From positions 1 to 50,338 of IMG/VR virus record IMGVR_UViG_2162886015_000003: a DNA stretch of 50,338 nt; one strand, written 5' to 3'. Every line of letters begins with the position of its first letter. The stretch's first letter is position 1. A program made the translations under genes and the position numbers. Origin of the DNA: a virus. Its lineage: Duplodnaviria; Caudoviricetes. Shown in pieces: positions 24,503 through 33,845 of this stretch. Below the pieces are notes generated by a model. It was not told the origin of the DNA. It saw only the letters and a list, made by a program, of their open reading frames with translations, and did not search any database.

Positions 24503-26166
24503 GCCGGCTCCGGAGCCTCATCAGGTTTTGAGGAATCGGTGGCGCCATCACCGAACCACTTTGGCGGCGGCAGGCCGGCGGCCTTGAACGCACGAACCTC
24601 GATCGCACGCTGGGCGATGACCTCCTCCCAGTCGAGCCCCTGCTCGGCGCATTCACGCTTGAGCGTGCTGAGCCCGCCGTCCAATCCGAGGATTGCCCCT
24701 TGCTTTTCCTTGACCGGATCAACCCAACCGCGGGCCACACCAAGCCAATCGCAACGCGAATAAGCCGTGGCCGCTTCGATGAAATCCGGTGCGCCATTAG
24801 GCAGCACGTCATCGAGATCGCCGCGCTCGATCACTTCCTGAAGCCAGGAGGCGTAGATCGGAGTGGCAGTACCGGTCTTGAATTCGGTATTGCGACGGCT
24901 GAGGGTCTTCCAACTCTCGAGCAACGCGGCACGAGCACTCGAATAATTGGTCTTGCTCCAGTCCTGCGTGATTTGTTCGGCCGACACGCCGAGAGCCGAC
25001 GCGATCGAGCGGAGCATTTCATGGGCGAAATCCTCGAACCCGGTGTGCGGATGGGCTGCGGCAACCTGCTTGATTTCTTCGCCGGGCGCCAGAGTCGGCA
25101 CACGAACCTGATTCAGCATTGCCGGCCGTTCTTTAGCCCAGTCCGCGCGAAGATCCTGATAGAAGCCGAGTTCACTACCCTCGCTCTCCATCGCGTCTTC
25201 GATCATTGCCGGGTCGTACGGGCTCGTCACGTACGTGCCGAAGATCGTCGCAACCGTCGCCGCCTGCAACTCGACGCCGTAGTAGCGCGCCAACATCTTC
25301 GCGTGCGATAGCACCGGTGTGAACACGCCAATGCCGCGGTTCTGCCCCGCGCGATCACGCTCGAAATCGTGAATCACGCGGCGCCAGCCGTCTTCGTCTT
25401 CGCGCTCGACGCGCTCCCACTCCATCGACTCGACGGCGTTGTACCAGTCGTTTTGATGGGCCCTGCGGATGTGGTATGCGACCGGCACGCCGTTGTCGTC
25501 GATCTCGACGCCGCCGCGCAAATATTTCGTGTCGACCATCTGGTACGGGTTCGACAGGCGGTCCGGGTCGACGAGCAGGAACGATGTCGCGTACTGCGCC
25601 GCGCCGCGGCCGATACGATCGGGCATCCAGTGCGCGACGAACAGATCCTCGCCGTCGATCAGCTTGTGCCGCAGACCGAGCCGCATTTGCTGCGACATTG
25701 TCAACTGGCGGGTGACGTCGTTGTAATGGCCGAGGTCTTCGGAATAGACGCGCCACAGTGCCTCGACCGCCTTGCGGAATTCATCCGCCCATACGGCATC
25801 GAATTCTTTGCTGAAGCGCAGCAGGTATTGCCAGTCCGGATTGGCCGACAGGCGCATGTGTGCGCCGACGGTGTTATCCAGAATCCGGGTGATGCCGCCC
25901 GACGCCCAGCCATCATTCCGCGTGAGGTCGCGCGACCGCGACACCATGCGATCGCGGGAGAAGTTGATTTCCGAATCCGGCGAGCGGATCCATGGAAACC
26001 AGTTGCCCATTTCGGGCGTCTGGACACTCGCGGCCTCGTACGGAAACAGGCTCGAGTAAGGCGGCTGCGTGATGCCCGGCCCACCCCATCCACTATCCGC
26101 GCGCGCACGACCGCCGGCCGGCAGATCCCCGAAGGGCTTGCCGGAAGAATCGACGATGAGTGACAT
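24499..26166 (-). CDS. Portal protein, lambda family
   Basis: RSRDL.RN, GQNRG, D.SKTNYSSARA.LLE and WVDPVKE motifs. Confidence 0.95.
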   Translation of the reverse strand: MSLIVDSSGKPFGDLPAGGRARADSGWGGPGITQPPYSSLFPYEAASVQTPEMGNWFPWIRSPDSEINFSRDRMVSRSRDLTRNDGWASGGITRILDNTVGAHMRLSANPDWQYLLRFSKEFDAVWADEFRKAVEALWRVYSEDLGHYNDVTRQLTMSQQMRLGLRHKLIDGEDLFVAHWMPDRIGRGAAQYATSFLLVDPDRLSNPYQMVDTKYLRGGVEIDDNGVPVAYHIRRAHQNDWYNAVESMEWERVEREDEDGWRRVIHDFERDRAGQNRGIGVFTPVLSHAKMLARYYGVELQAATVATIFGTYVTSPYDPAMIEDAMESEGSELGFYQDLRADWAKERPAMLNQVRVPTLAPGEEIKQVAAAHPHTGFEDFAHEMLRSIASALGVSAEQITQDWSKTNYSSARAALLESWKTLSRRNTEFKTGTATPIYASWLQEVIERGDLDDVLPNGAPDFIEAATAYSRCDWLGVARGWVDPVKEKQGAILGLDGGLSTLKRECAEQGLDWEEVIAQRAIEVRAFKAAGLPPPKWFGDGATDSSKPDEAPEPA

Positions 26167-26412
26167 TTAGAAGAGAACCCTTCGAGCGCGTGGATAGCAG
26201 GAGATGATGTTCAATGCTTTTTGCAGCATCAAAATGCCTTTGTAGACGGCCGCAATGTCCGTCTGCTTGTACGTCACCGATTTACTGCCATCGGCCTGCG
26301 AATAATTCGCGGTGACGATCTTCGCGCCCGCCATCAAGTCGAAATAGGCGCCTTGGAGCGCGGCCAGTCTCGACTGCATGTCGGCGGTGCTCATCCCGTC
26401 AGTGATAGCCAT
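26167..26412 (-). CDS. Head completion protein (gpW-like)
   Basis: L..AY.DL..G, G.KSVTY and C-terminal RR motif; between terminase and portal. Confidence 0.8.
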   Translation of the reverse strand: MAITDGMSTADMQSRLAALQGAYFDLMAGAKIVTANYSQADGSKSVTYKQTDIAAVYKGILMLQKALNIISCYPRARRVLF

Positions 26413-26420
26413 TTCTCTTC

Positions 26421-28442
26421 CTATGCAAGACGGCTTGCGAATGATTTTCGACCGGGCTTTGCGGCGGGCGCCGCGACCGCTTGACTCGCCATCGGTGCGG
26501 CCACTGCCGCCATATCAGCCGGCGGCTCGACAATCACAGGTTCGACGTCGACGCCATCCGAGACGTACGGTTGCGATGTGATCTCAGCCCGCTTATTCAG
26601 CTTCAACCCGTAATGAATCAGCCCGCACAGCGCGGCATATGAGTACACCGCCAAGTCGAGCGCCTCATTCGCGCGGCCCGGCGGCAATTCCCACACACGA
26701 TATTTCTGACCGTTCGCCTGCTTGACGATCGATCGCTCGGAGACGAGCTGTGCAAAAAAGTTGATGTCGCGATCTGTCGGGTAGTGCATATACCCCGGCG
26801 GATAGACGAGCGAGCCCTCCCGCTCCTCGGCCTCGAGGTGCAGCCGGTATCGGATCACGTCTTTCGCGGCGTTCACGCCGATGATGATCGGGCGGTACTT
26901 CGATTTATTGCGCAGGCTTGGCTTGCTGGTCGGCCAGACCGGGTTGCGCTTGCCGGCGATCGCCGACTCACCTTTGATCGCCCACACGCGCCGGCGGATC
27001 CGCGCCTTACAGAACTCATAGACCTTCTGTGTGTGGTGGCCGCCAGAGTCGATACATGCGGCCTCGACCTTGAACGGGCGGCCATCAGCACGACGCCATT
27101 GGCGCATCAGGTATGCGTCAACCTCATTCCATACGTCATCGCTCTCAGGGTCGCCATCGATCACGGTGTGGTCGATCGACCACCGCTCCTCGTTGCGCCC
27201 CCAACCAACCGTTTCGAGCTCGACACGATCGTCCTGGACGTCGCCCGATACCGTAATGACCGCGACGCCGTCAGGCACTTCTCCGGCCCACACCTCGGTG
27301 CGCGCCGCGAGCGCAGCCTCTTTCAGAGCCCGCTCGCCGCGGTCTTCGTATGTCTCACCGAGTACCAGGTTGATGAAGGTCTGACGGGCAAGCGGATCGT
27401 CCTTAACCTCAAGCCACTCGGCTACGAGGTTTTCCCAGCAAGCATTCGGGAACAGGCTGTAGCCGGCCCAGATATGAAAGCCCGCGTGCCCATTGAATGG
27501 CCTCTCCGCGCGCCACTCGCCGCGCTCAACCATTTCCGGCTTGTCGACATCCTTGATGATGCAGCCGGTAACCTTGCAAACGTAGTAGACGGTCTCGGGC
27601 AAGCCGTTGCCGTTCTCGTCTTTTTCCCACTTCATACCGTGAGGTGTATCCGGGCCGCCCCACTCGAGCACCTGAAACTCACCGCAATGCGGGCACGGCA
27701 CGTAATAGCGCCGCTGGTCGCTCTTTTCAAAGCTCTTCTCGATCCGGCTGAAGCCTTTCACGGTCGGAGTCGAGCCCATGATGATCTTGCGGTTCCAGAA
27801 TGATTCGGTCCGCTTGATACCCAGCTTGATCTGGTCGCCCTCTTTGCCGGCGCCCTGAATTGGATACCCGTCAATTTCGTCAAACTCAACGATACGGGCC
27901 GTGATCCGGCGGAAGCCGCCCGGGCTATTCGCGCCCACGAACGACATCGACGCGCCATTGCGGAAGACGCGCTTCAGCATCTTCTGCTTCGAATCCTTCG
28001 CCTTCAGATCGCCAACGATCTCAGCGAGCACAGGCGTGTCGCGCAGCATCGGCTCGATTTCAGTCGTGCTGTAATCCTCGGCATCTTCGACGCGGGGCTG
28101 CACGACCAGGATTGGCGACGGATCCTGATGGATGAAATACCCGGCGATGTGGTCGAGTATCTTGGTATATCCGACGCGCGCCGACTTCTGCACCGTGATC
28201 GTCTCGACTGACGGGTCCGTCACGGCGTCCATGATCCCGTTCTGATACGGGAATGCGTGGAAGCGCCCGGTCTGGGCACTCGTCTCGCGCGACATCTGGG
28301 CATACTTCTTCGCCCACTCACTTAGCGAAAGCTTCGGCGGCGGCTGAATGTTTCGCCGGCGTGCGTCGAGCAACCGGCGCAGGAGTTCCGAATACCCGTT
28401 GGCATAGCGCCGCGCGTCAGGCGGTGCCTCCAACTCCATCAC
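26421..28442 (-). CDS. Terminase large subunit (lambda gpA family)
   Basis: KSARVGYT Walker A variant, FDEIDG Walker B, STPT, VPCPHCG, IDSGG and NEALDL motifs. Confidence 0.96.
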   Translation of the reverse strand: MMELEAPPDARRYANGYSELLRRLLDARRRNIQPPPKLSLSEWAKKYAQMSRETSAQTGRFHAFPYQNGIMDAVTDPSVETITVQKSARVGYTKILDHIAGYFIHQDPSPILVVQPRVEDAEDYSTTEIEPMLRDTPVLAEIVGDLKAKDSKQKMLKRVFRNGASMSFVGANSPGGFRRITARIVEFDEIDGYPIQGAGKEGDQIKLGIKRTESFWNRKIIMGSTPTVKGFSRIEKSFEKSDQRRYYVPCPHCGEFQVLEWGGPDTPHGMKWEKDENGNGLPETVYYVCKVTGCIIKDVDKPEMVERGEWRAERPFNGHAGFHIWAGYSLFPNACWENLVAEWLEVKDDPLARQTFINLVLGETYEDRGERALKEAALAARTEVWAGEVPDGVAVITVSGDVQDDRVELETVGWGRNEERWSIDHTVIDGDPESDDVWNEVDAYLMRQWRRADGRPFKVEAACIDSGGHHTQKVYEFCKARIRRRVWAIKGESAIAGKRNPVWPTSKPSLRNKSKYRPIIIGVNAAKDVIRYRLHLEAEEREGSLVYPPGYMHYPTDRDINFFAQLVSERSIVKQANGQKYRVWELPPGRANEALDLAVYSYAALCGLIHYGLKLNKRAEITSQPYVSDGVDVEPVIVEPPADMAAVAAPMASQAVAAPAAKPGRKSFASRLA

Positions 28443-29007
28443 GGGTTAGCTCCTCAAGCGCATGGACGATCATCTCCTGCAGCGCATCCTGCACCTCGAG
28501 GACGGTCCTTAGTCGATGGATCAAGGGCGCCTGCTCGGCCGGGATGGCCAGGAGCTTCGTGCGCACCTTTGCATATTCTTCGCCGACAGCCTTTGCGACG
28601 TCGGCCACAGCCACGACGAGTCCTGACTTCTGGTCGTACTCAAGCTGGTTCAGCAGCGCGAGGTAGTTCTCCTTCATGCACCGCGCTTCGTCGTAGTCGA
28701 GCTCGGTCCCGGTCGCCGCAAGTATTCGCCCCGCGGCATCGGCCGGCGTCTCGTCCGGGCGCACTGTTACCTCGGCATCCGACGGGGTAACAGTTTTTTT
28801 TGCCGGTCTCGGCGTTGTTACCTTGCCGTCCTGGGTAACACTTTGGGTAACAGATGCAATGCCATCGCGACGGTATCTTTTCAGGTTAGCGTTCGATGCA
28901 TCGACATCGACCTCATCGCCCGCAAACACAAGCCAGCCGCGCTCCTTCCACTTTGTCACCGTCTTGCGGCTGACGCCGTGAAGCTCCGCGAATGCACTTT
29001 GCTTCAT
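28417..29007 (-). CDS. Terminase small subunit (Nu1-like)
   Basis: N-terminal HTH (FAELHGVSRKTVTKWK) and C-terminal G.VV...V....VRTKLLAIP. Confidence 0.88.
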   Translation of the reverse strand: MKQSAFAELHGVSRKTVTKWKERGWLVFAGDEVDVDASNANLKRYRRDGIASVTQSVTQDGKVTTPRPAKKTVTPSDAEVTVRPDETPADAAGRILAATGTELDYDEARCMKENYLALLNQLEYDQKSGLVVAVADVAKAVGEEYAKVRTKLLAIPAEQAPLIHRLRTVLEVQDALQEMIVHALEELTRDGVGGTA

Positions 29008-29030
29008 GTCTGGTTTGTTACCCTGTTACC
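28765..29030. repeat. Cluster of seven TGTTACC/GGTAACA heptamers (cosB-like terminase binding sites)
   Basis: Copies at 28765, 28786, 28816, 28834, 28846, 29016 and 29024; near-copy at 28954. Confidence 0.65.
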
Positions 29031-29062
29031 CAAATTTCAAAACTGTGTAGCCAGCCGAAGAT

Positions 29063-29109
29063 CGGGGCGCGCAATGCCCGTGGCTTAAAAAACCCTCCGG
29101 GAAGGACCC
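29063..29109 (-). other. Candidate cos site (cosQ + cosN)
   Basis: Minus strand reads GGGTCCT (the lambda cosQ sequence), 22 nt, then CGGG-CATTGCGCGC-CCCG, directly upstream of terS. Confidence 0.7.
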
Positions 29110-29153
29110 GCTCGTTTTCAATATGCTTTCATGCACCATCATGGTGAGGAATC

Positions 29154-29831
29154 CTACCGGGTCGCCGTCGCCATAGCCGCAGCCAGTTCGCGCGCGAAGG
29201 CTGCGCCGAAACCTGCGTTGACCGTCCGCGTGGCTGAGTCGAAGTAGTTGAGTTTCTGCTTGACCGGCAGCGCATCGCCGAATCGAATCAGCAACTTCAA
29301 TGCGCCAAGATGCTCGTCGTACACACCACCACGTTCTTTACGTTTGCGCTTTGCTTTGCCCTTGCGCGTCACGTCCAACCGCTGCCACACACCGTTGATC
29401 GGACCGTGCTTCGTCTCGACCGCACCAATGAAGATGTCGGCTCGGCCTTTGAGCCGGCCGAGCGTCATGCGCGGGATCTGCAGGTACTGGTTTAGGTTGA
29501 TGTCTTTCGGGTTCAGCAATGCCTGGCTGTTCAGCTTGTGCACACCGCCGAACTCGTATGGCTGCAGGTATTCAGAGGCCTTGTCCATCACGAAGACTTT
29601 CGCTTCGAGGTCGGCTTTCGTTGCTGGCTTGGTCCGAACAGACTTCAGCGTGAATGGCGAAGGATTGCGGAAAGTCGCCTTCATGCGATCAACTTCGCCC
29701 TGCTGAACCTCTTTCGCCAGCGCGGTCAACGCACGCGCGGTAGCGAATGGCACTTGCTTGGCAGCAAAATCATCCAGATCGCGCGTCAGCCTCTTGAGGT
29801 TCGAACTGATGTTGATCTCGAAGCCAGCCAT
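29154..29831 (-). CDS. Phage protein (tail completion gpZ/HK97 gp10-like)
   Basis: KQVPFATARALT and F..P.PFT motifs typical of the gene upstream of cos in lambdoid phages. Confidence 0.65.
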   Translation of the reverse strand: MAGFEINISSNLKRLTRDLDDFAAKQVPFATARALTALAKEVQQGEVDRMKATFRNPSPFTLKSVRTKPATKADLEAKVFVMDKASEYLQPYEFGGVHKLNSQALLNPKDINLNQYLQIPRMTLGRLKGRADIFIGAVETKHGPINGVWQRLDVTRKGKAKRKRKERGGVYDEHLGALKLLIRFGDALPVKQKLNYFDSATRTVNAGFGAAFARELAAAMATATR

Positions 29832-30115
29832 TACCGCTTGATCCATGCGGCTGGCAGCGCACTTTCATCGCATGCGGCCGGATACAGCGGAACGTCGCGC
29901 ATCATTCGCGATGCCGCACCGGGCGGGAATGCGGTCAGCGATACGAGAGCAATTGCGCCTTCGGGCAGCAATGCTGCATCGGTCGTTGCATCGGTGACGA
30001 TTGCCGCCACCTGGCGCTGTCCGTTTTGCCAGATCGCCGCACGCACGAGTGCAGTCGACCCAAGAAGGGTATCTGCATCGATTGCGTCGACGGTCTTTTT
30101 TGCTGTCCGGGACAT
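29831..30115 (-). CDS. Hypothetical protein
   Basis: GAGG RBS; TAATG coupling to the next gene. Confidence 0.7.
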   Translation of the reverse strand: MSRTAKKTVDAIDADTLLGSTALVRAAIWQNGQRQVAAIVTDATTDAALLPEGAIALVSLTAFPPGAASRMMRDVPLYPAACDESALPAAWIKR

Positions 30116-30192
30116 GAGCGCCTCAGGAAGATTTCACTTTTGCCAGAGCGGCGCGTCGCAATTTCTCACTCGAGCGCCGCCGAACAACAAAT

Positions 30193-30215
30193 AAAAAAGC
30201 CCGCTCAAGGCGGGC
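30193..30215 (-). terminator. Intrinsic terminator
   Basis: GCCCGC...GCGGGC hairpin plus T6. Confidence 0.75.
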
Positions 30216-30318
30216 GAATCCATAGACTCTCGTCGTGGAGGAGACAGGTTGAGGGCTAACGCGACCAGCACGCATGGCGCAGTGGCCTCCTATCGGAGCG
30301 CGCTACTGGTGATGCTTC

Positions 30319-30454
30319 ACCCTCATGTTTGGCGGCTGACTGCAGGACTCAAACTCTGCAGTACGCTAGTCCTTCGGTCTCCCGACCGCCTAGCTTTGCC
30401 TTTCGACTTTCAGCGTCTATCAATTCCGCCAAGCCAGTCGCCAAACATGAGGGT
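30319..30454 (-). ncRNA. tRNA-like structured RNA closed by a 16-bp perfect stem
   Basis: Leu-like D-arm TGGCGGAATTGATAGACGC, T-arm GCAG(A)G-TTTGAGT-CCTGC and acceptor-like stem ending GCCA. The anticodon arm is replaced by two hairpins. Inverted repeat 30319-34/30439-54. Confidence 0.6.
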
Positions 30455-30651
30455 CAATGGTGGACACCGAAAGCCGCTTGGGCCGCCTCGGCAGGCGTGA
30501 GGCCCGAGGCATAATAGCCGGCGAGCATGTCGTAAAACCCAGCCGTCGGCCGAAAAGGCATCGACACCAGATTGACAGCGAGCGCTTCGTCGATCGCGGT
30601 GCGAGACCATTCGTAGAGCATTGCCTGCTCGGCTTCGGTCATGTCGTCCAT
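30454..30651 (-). CDS. Small hypothetical protein (65 aa)
   Basis: GGAG RBS before MDDM; YY..GLTP.EAA motif. Confidence 0.65.
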   Translation of the reverse strand: MDDMTEAEQAMLYEWSRTAIDEALAVNLVSMPFRPTAGFYDMLAGYYASGLTPAEAAQAAFGVHH

Positions 30652-30673
30652 GTCGATCTCCGGGCAGAAATGC

Positions 30674-30705
30674 AAAAACCCCGCAGTCGTTAAACTAGCG
30701 GGGTT
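30674..30705 (-). terminator. Intrinsic terminator (tR'-like, after the putative late regulator)
   Basis: AACCCCGC...GCGGGGTT stem plus T-run. Confidence 0.65.
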
Positions 30706-30761
30706 CGCTGAGAGGCAATGATTCAGCCTATCTAATAGAGGCGTATTTTAGGGGCAAGTGT

Positions 30762-31217
30762 TCAATCGACGCACGAACTATTTTGTTCAACTGAAATTGA
30801 ACACTTTTCCGACGTGAATGATTCGTGCACCTTCTTGATTGATCGGCTGAGCGACTTGGCTCTCTCCGAGAAGCGGCGCGCGCGATTGTAGACGGTGCCG
30901 CGGGCACATTCCTGCTCGCGAGCAACGGCTTTGATGTTCGCGTGATACCAGTACACGCCGAGGAAGCATGCGGCCTCGCCATTGAATTCGACGTTCTCGC
31001 AAAGAGCATGGACTGCCATGTTATAGAACGGCATATCGGGATCGAGAAAGGCATCGGGCTCGCCCAATGACGCGCGTGACGGCTGAAGGCGAGCCAGCAC
31101 GCTTGATCGCACCGGCGGCGCAAACAGACGTCGCGTCCAGCACCACGATGCCCATGTATTGGCATTGTCGTCTGCCGCATTGCGTTCTTTCGGCTGCAAC
31201 TCCTGGTCTTGGCTCAT
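30762..31217 (-). CDS. Putative late regulator / Q-like antiterminator
   Basis: Last early gene before the late operon; WASW N-terminus and C-terminal HTH (IKAVAREQECARGTVYNR). Confidence 0.65.
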   Translation of the reverse strand: MSQDQELQPKERNAADDNANTWASWCWTRRLFAPPVRSSVLARLQPSRASLGEPDAFLDPDMPFYNMAVHALCENVEFNGEAACFLGVYWYHANIKAVAREQECARGTVYNRARRFSERAKSLSRSIKKVHESFTSEKCSISVEQNSSCVD

Positions 31218-31423
31218 TTGTCACCCGCGTGGTATTTGCTGCACTTATTCATATTGCCCAAGGCGATTGCGGCTTTGCACTTGCCGAGTTTGCAGAAATA
31301 CTTTCTGAACCCCGGGGTTTGATCGTGTCCAAGCGCGTGGCAGCCGGCACAGGTAGCGGCTTGGCGCCTTTCCGCTACGTCGGCCGGATCGCCGAATTCC
31401 CATCTCTCAAGGTTTTCGGGCAT
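31214..31423 (-). CDS. Small Cys-rich phage protein
   Basis: GDPA, CAGC, C..G and C..Y pattern; ATGA overlap. Confidence 0.7.
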   Translation of the reverse strand: MPENLERWEFGDPADVAERRQAATCAGCHALGHDQTPGFRKYFCKLGKCKAAIALGNMNKCSKYHAGDK

Positions 31424-31427
31424 TCTT

Positions 31428-32249
31428 CTACTGACCCGGCTGGCGGGTTATCGCGTCTATCTCGCCCCATCCATTGCGAAGACGGCCATATATGAGATGT
31501 CGACTCCAGCCACGCAATTCCGCCCATTGCGCGACAGTGAGGTCCTGTCCGTCGTGCGCGATGCGTCGATTGTTCCTGCGGTTGTTTTGCTGGGTCTTCA
31601 TCGTCGCCCAAATGCAATTATCGGGCTCATAATTGCCATTCACGTTTTCGCGCTCAAGCGTCATTCCAGTCGGCCGCTCGCCCATGTCGGCTAGAAAGTT
31701 TTCGTATTTGCTCCATCTCTCACAAACCGAGATGCCCCGTTCGCGATAGTTCCGGCCAATCGCACCGCGCGCCGTGTTGCATCTATGCAGCATTGACCGA
31801 TATGCAACCCATGTGGGGTTTCTCCGGCCGTTGCCTGCGTGTCCGTGGGTTGTTTTTCGCTCACGGAGAATCTCTATGGCGAGACATCCACATGACCTGG
31901 TATCGCCGGATTTAAGCTTATCGGCGCGAACGGTTGTTTCTTTGCCGCACTCGCAGGCGCATCGGCACAAGATCGAGCCGCGCTTTCCAGATGAAATCCT
32001 CTCCAACACCATCAGCCGACCAAAGCGATCGCCAACCCTAACGCTTCCGGGCGCATCCTCACCACGCTTGCGCAGAGTCTCGGCCCGTAAGCAGCCGCAT
32101 GAGCGCGACTGTGCTCGACGAAGTGCTGACGCCGGGATCTCCTTTTGATTTCCGCAGTCGCACGCGCATCGCATCTTTCGCCGGTCAGTTTCCGAGATAC
32201 CCAAAACGACCAAACGACCAACCCGATCGCCAATGTTTAGCGTCATCAC
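31428..32249 (-). CDS. HNH-type homing endonuclease-like protein with two N-terminal Cys repeats
   Basis: Two GDR.GRL.V...C.C.CG...SCGC repeats; RGISVCERW..FL.DMG.RP..TLER.N.NGNYEP.NC.WAT motif. Confidence 0.85.
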   Translation of the reverse strand: MMTLNIGDRVGRLVVLGISETDRRKMRCACDCGNQKEIPASALRRAQSRSCGCLRAETLRKRGEDAPGSVRVGDRFGRLMVLERISSGKRGSILCRCACECGKETTVRADKLKSGDTRSCGCLAIEILRERKTTHGHAGNGRRNPTWVAYRSMLHRCNTARGAIGRNYRERGISVCERWSKYENFLADMGERPTGMTLERENVNGNYEPDNCIWATMKTQQNNRRNNRRIAHDGQDLTVAQWAELRGWSRHLIYGRLRNGWGEIDAITRQPGQ

Positions 32250-32509
32250 ATCACCACCGTGAAGTTAATTCCCTTATCCACAAACCATGAAACGAGGTCG
32301 TTACGGATTTGTGTGTTGCGGGGAAATGGGTATTCGACTTGCAGCATCCCCTCATCTGGCACGGTCGTTGTGCGGCGCACCTCGCCAACAAGCGGGCATC
32401 CGTCAAATGCAAGGATGAGAGCGCCGCTGATGTCGTCGATGTGCGATGCACTGCTTTCGCGAAGATCGGCAGGAACGTCTTCAATGTTGATGTATGCAAA
32501 TGCGCTCAT
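32246..32509 (-). CDS. Hypothetical protein
   Basis: Coupled overlaps on both sides. Confidence 0.7.
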   Translation of the reverse strand: MSAFAYINIEDVPADLRESSASHIDDISGALILAFDGCPLVGEVRRTTTVPDEGMLQVEYPFPRNTQIRNDLVSWFVDKGINFTVVM

Positions 32510-32784
32510 GCCATGGCCTCGTCTTTCACTTCATCGTTGATAGGAACGCCGCTGATCGGGCGCAGCCAAGAATCGAGCACGCCCGATTCGAGGAACATGA
32601 CGCCGTGGTCGTTGAACCATGCCGTGCTGAACTTGCACCACCACGTCGGGCGCTGATCCCACTCAGGACCAGGCCCGCGCGGCGGCACGAAGTGAACCAC
32701 CTCGACGATCTTGTCGGAGAGCGTCTTTCGCGGCCAGTCAGCCGGAACAACAATGATCGCCATATCACCGGGTTTGACGTTCAC
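32506..32784 (-). CDS. Phage hypothetical protein
   Basis: MNVKPGDMAII and DSWLRPISG motifs; GTGA overlap. Confidence 0.75.
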   Translation of the reverse strand: MNVKPGDMAIIVVPADWPRKTLSDKIVEVVHFVPPRGPGPEWDQRPTWWCKFSTAWFNDHGVMFLESGVLDSWLRPISGVPINDEVKDEAMA

Positions 32785-33098
32785 GCTTCAGTCTCCCTCA
32801 CATCCCATTCAAGATCTCCGCTCGCGAGGAACGGTGCCAGTGTCTTTCTGTTGTGATTCACTACTACTTCTACCGGGTATGTTCCGTCCGGGTTCCATAG
32901 GTCCATCAGCTTCTGGTTGCGATATTTTTCCGGCAACTCCACGTCTGCGCGGATGTAGGTCGCACCCTTTATGCCGTGTGCAACATTTGATTCAGGGCCT
33001 TTTATCCGCACGACAAGGCATTCGAAGATTTCGTATTTCTCTTTCCAGCGGTTGCCGATCAGGATGGATGGCAGCCGCAGCCTTACAAGCAGTCTCAA
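32781..33098 (-). CDS. Hypothetical protein
   Basis: TTG start overlapping the upstream stop (TTGA), with GGAGG upstream. Confidence 0.6.
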   Translation of the reverse strand: MRLLVRLRLPSILIGNRWKEKYEIFECLVVRIKGPESNVAHGIKGATYIRADVELPEKYRNQKLMDLWNPDGTYPVEVVVNHNRKTLAPFLASGDLEWDVRETEA

Positions 33099-33829
33099 GC
33101 GCCCTCCCACTCGATCTTCTGCGGCATCGGCGGAATGGTTTGGAGCGTCGCCAGATCGATAAATGTGAAGTGCCCATCGCGCAACCAGCCGCCGGTATCG
33201 ATGTGATAGACGTTGCCAAGGACAGCCGGGCGCTTGAGCGGGGTATGGCCGACTATCACGGCGCGCACGTCGTCGACACCTGATTTGTCTTCTGACTGGA
33301 TTCGCTCACGAGACCACATGGCCGCATCGATCGCCGTGCACAGCCCGTTTCGCGTCACAGCGGGATCGGTAAGCGCAAAGATGAAATCCGACCAGCTTGC
33401 GAACGGGCAATCGGCATGCACGATGCCAACTGGACCTGCCTCGGTCTCAACCTCGATCGCGACGGGGAGCACACCGAATGCGTCGCTAAACTGGCGCTGC
33501 ACGTCCGGCGTGTTGGCGACATTCCAGCCGCCACCGTTTGCCGCGTAGTTGCCTGCATCCATGTTGCCATTGGGCCAGCGGATGCACATGTCTTCGTGGT
33601 TACCCTGCACGGCGCGAAACCACGGCTCAGCAAGCCACTTGAGCGCCTGCTCCGACTCGGGACCGCGGTCTACCAGGTCGCCCACTGAAAACAGGCGATC
33701 CTTGCCGCTTTCGAATCCAATATGATTGAGCGCGGTATAGAGTCTCGTGAAATGGCCGTGAATGTCGCCCACCGCGAAGTCGCGGCCGATGGTATTGCGG
33801 GCAAACCGATGAACGTATTGGGTATTCAA
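33095..33829 (-). CDS. Ser/Thr protein phosphatase (lambda NinI-like metallophosphoesterase)
   Basis: GDIHG, GDLVDRG, GNHE, VHA, GHTP and IDTG motifs; TTG start with GGAGG RBS. Confidence 0.93.
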   Translation of the reverse strand: MNTQYVHRFARNTIGRDFAVGDIHGHFTRLYTALNHIGFESGKDRLFSVGDLVDRGPESEQALKWLAEPWFRAVQGNHEDMCIRWPNGNMDAGNYAANGGGWNVANTPDVQRQFSDAFGVLPVAIEVETEAGPVGIVHADCPFASWSDFIFALTDPAVTRNGLCTAIDAAMWSRERIQSEDKSGVDDVRAVIVGHTPLKRPAVLGNVYHIDTGGWLRDGHFTFIDLATLQTIPPMPQKIEWEGA

Positions 33830-33845
33830 GCGGCCTCCGGGCTCG

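Noticed and set aside
30720-30765. Late promoter pR'
   Set aside because: A TTGCCC -35 candidate is present, but no convincing -10 lies at the correct spacing, so it was not called.
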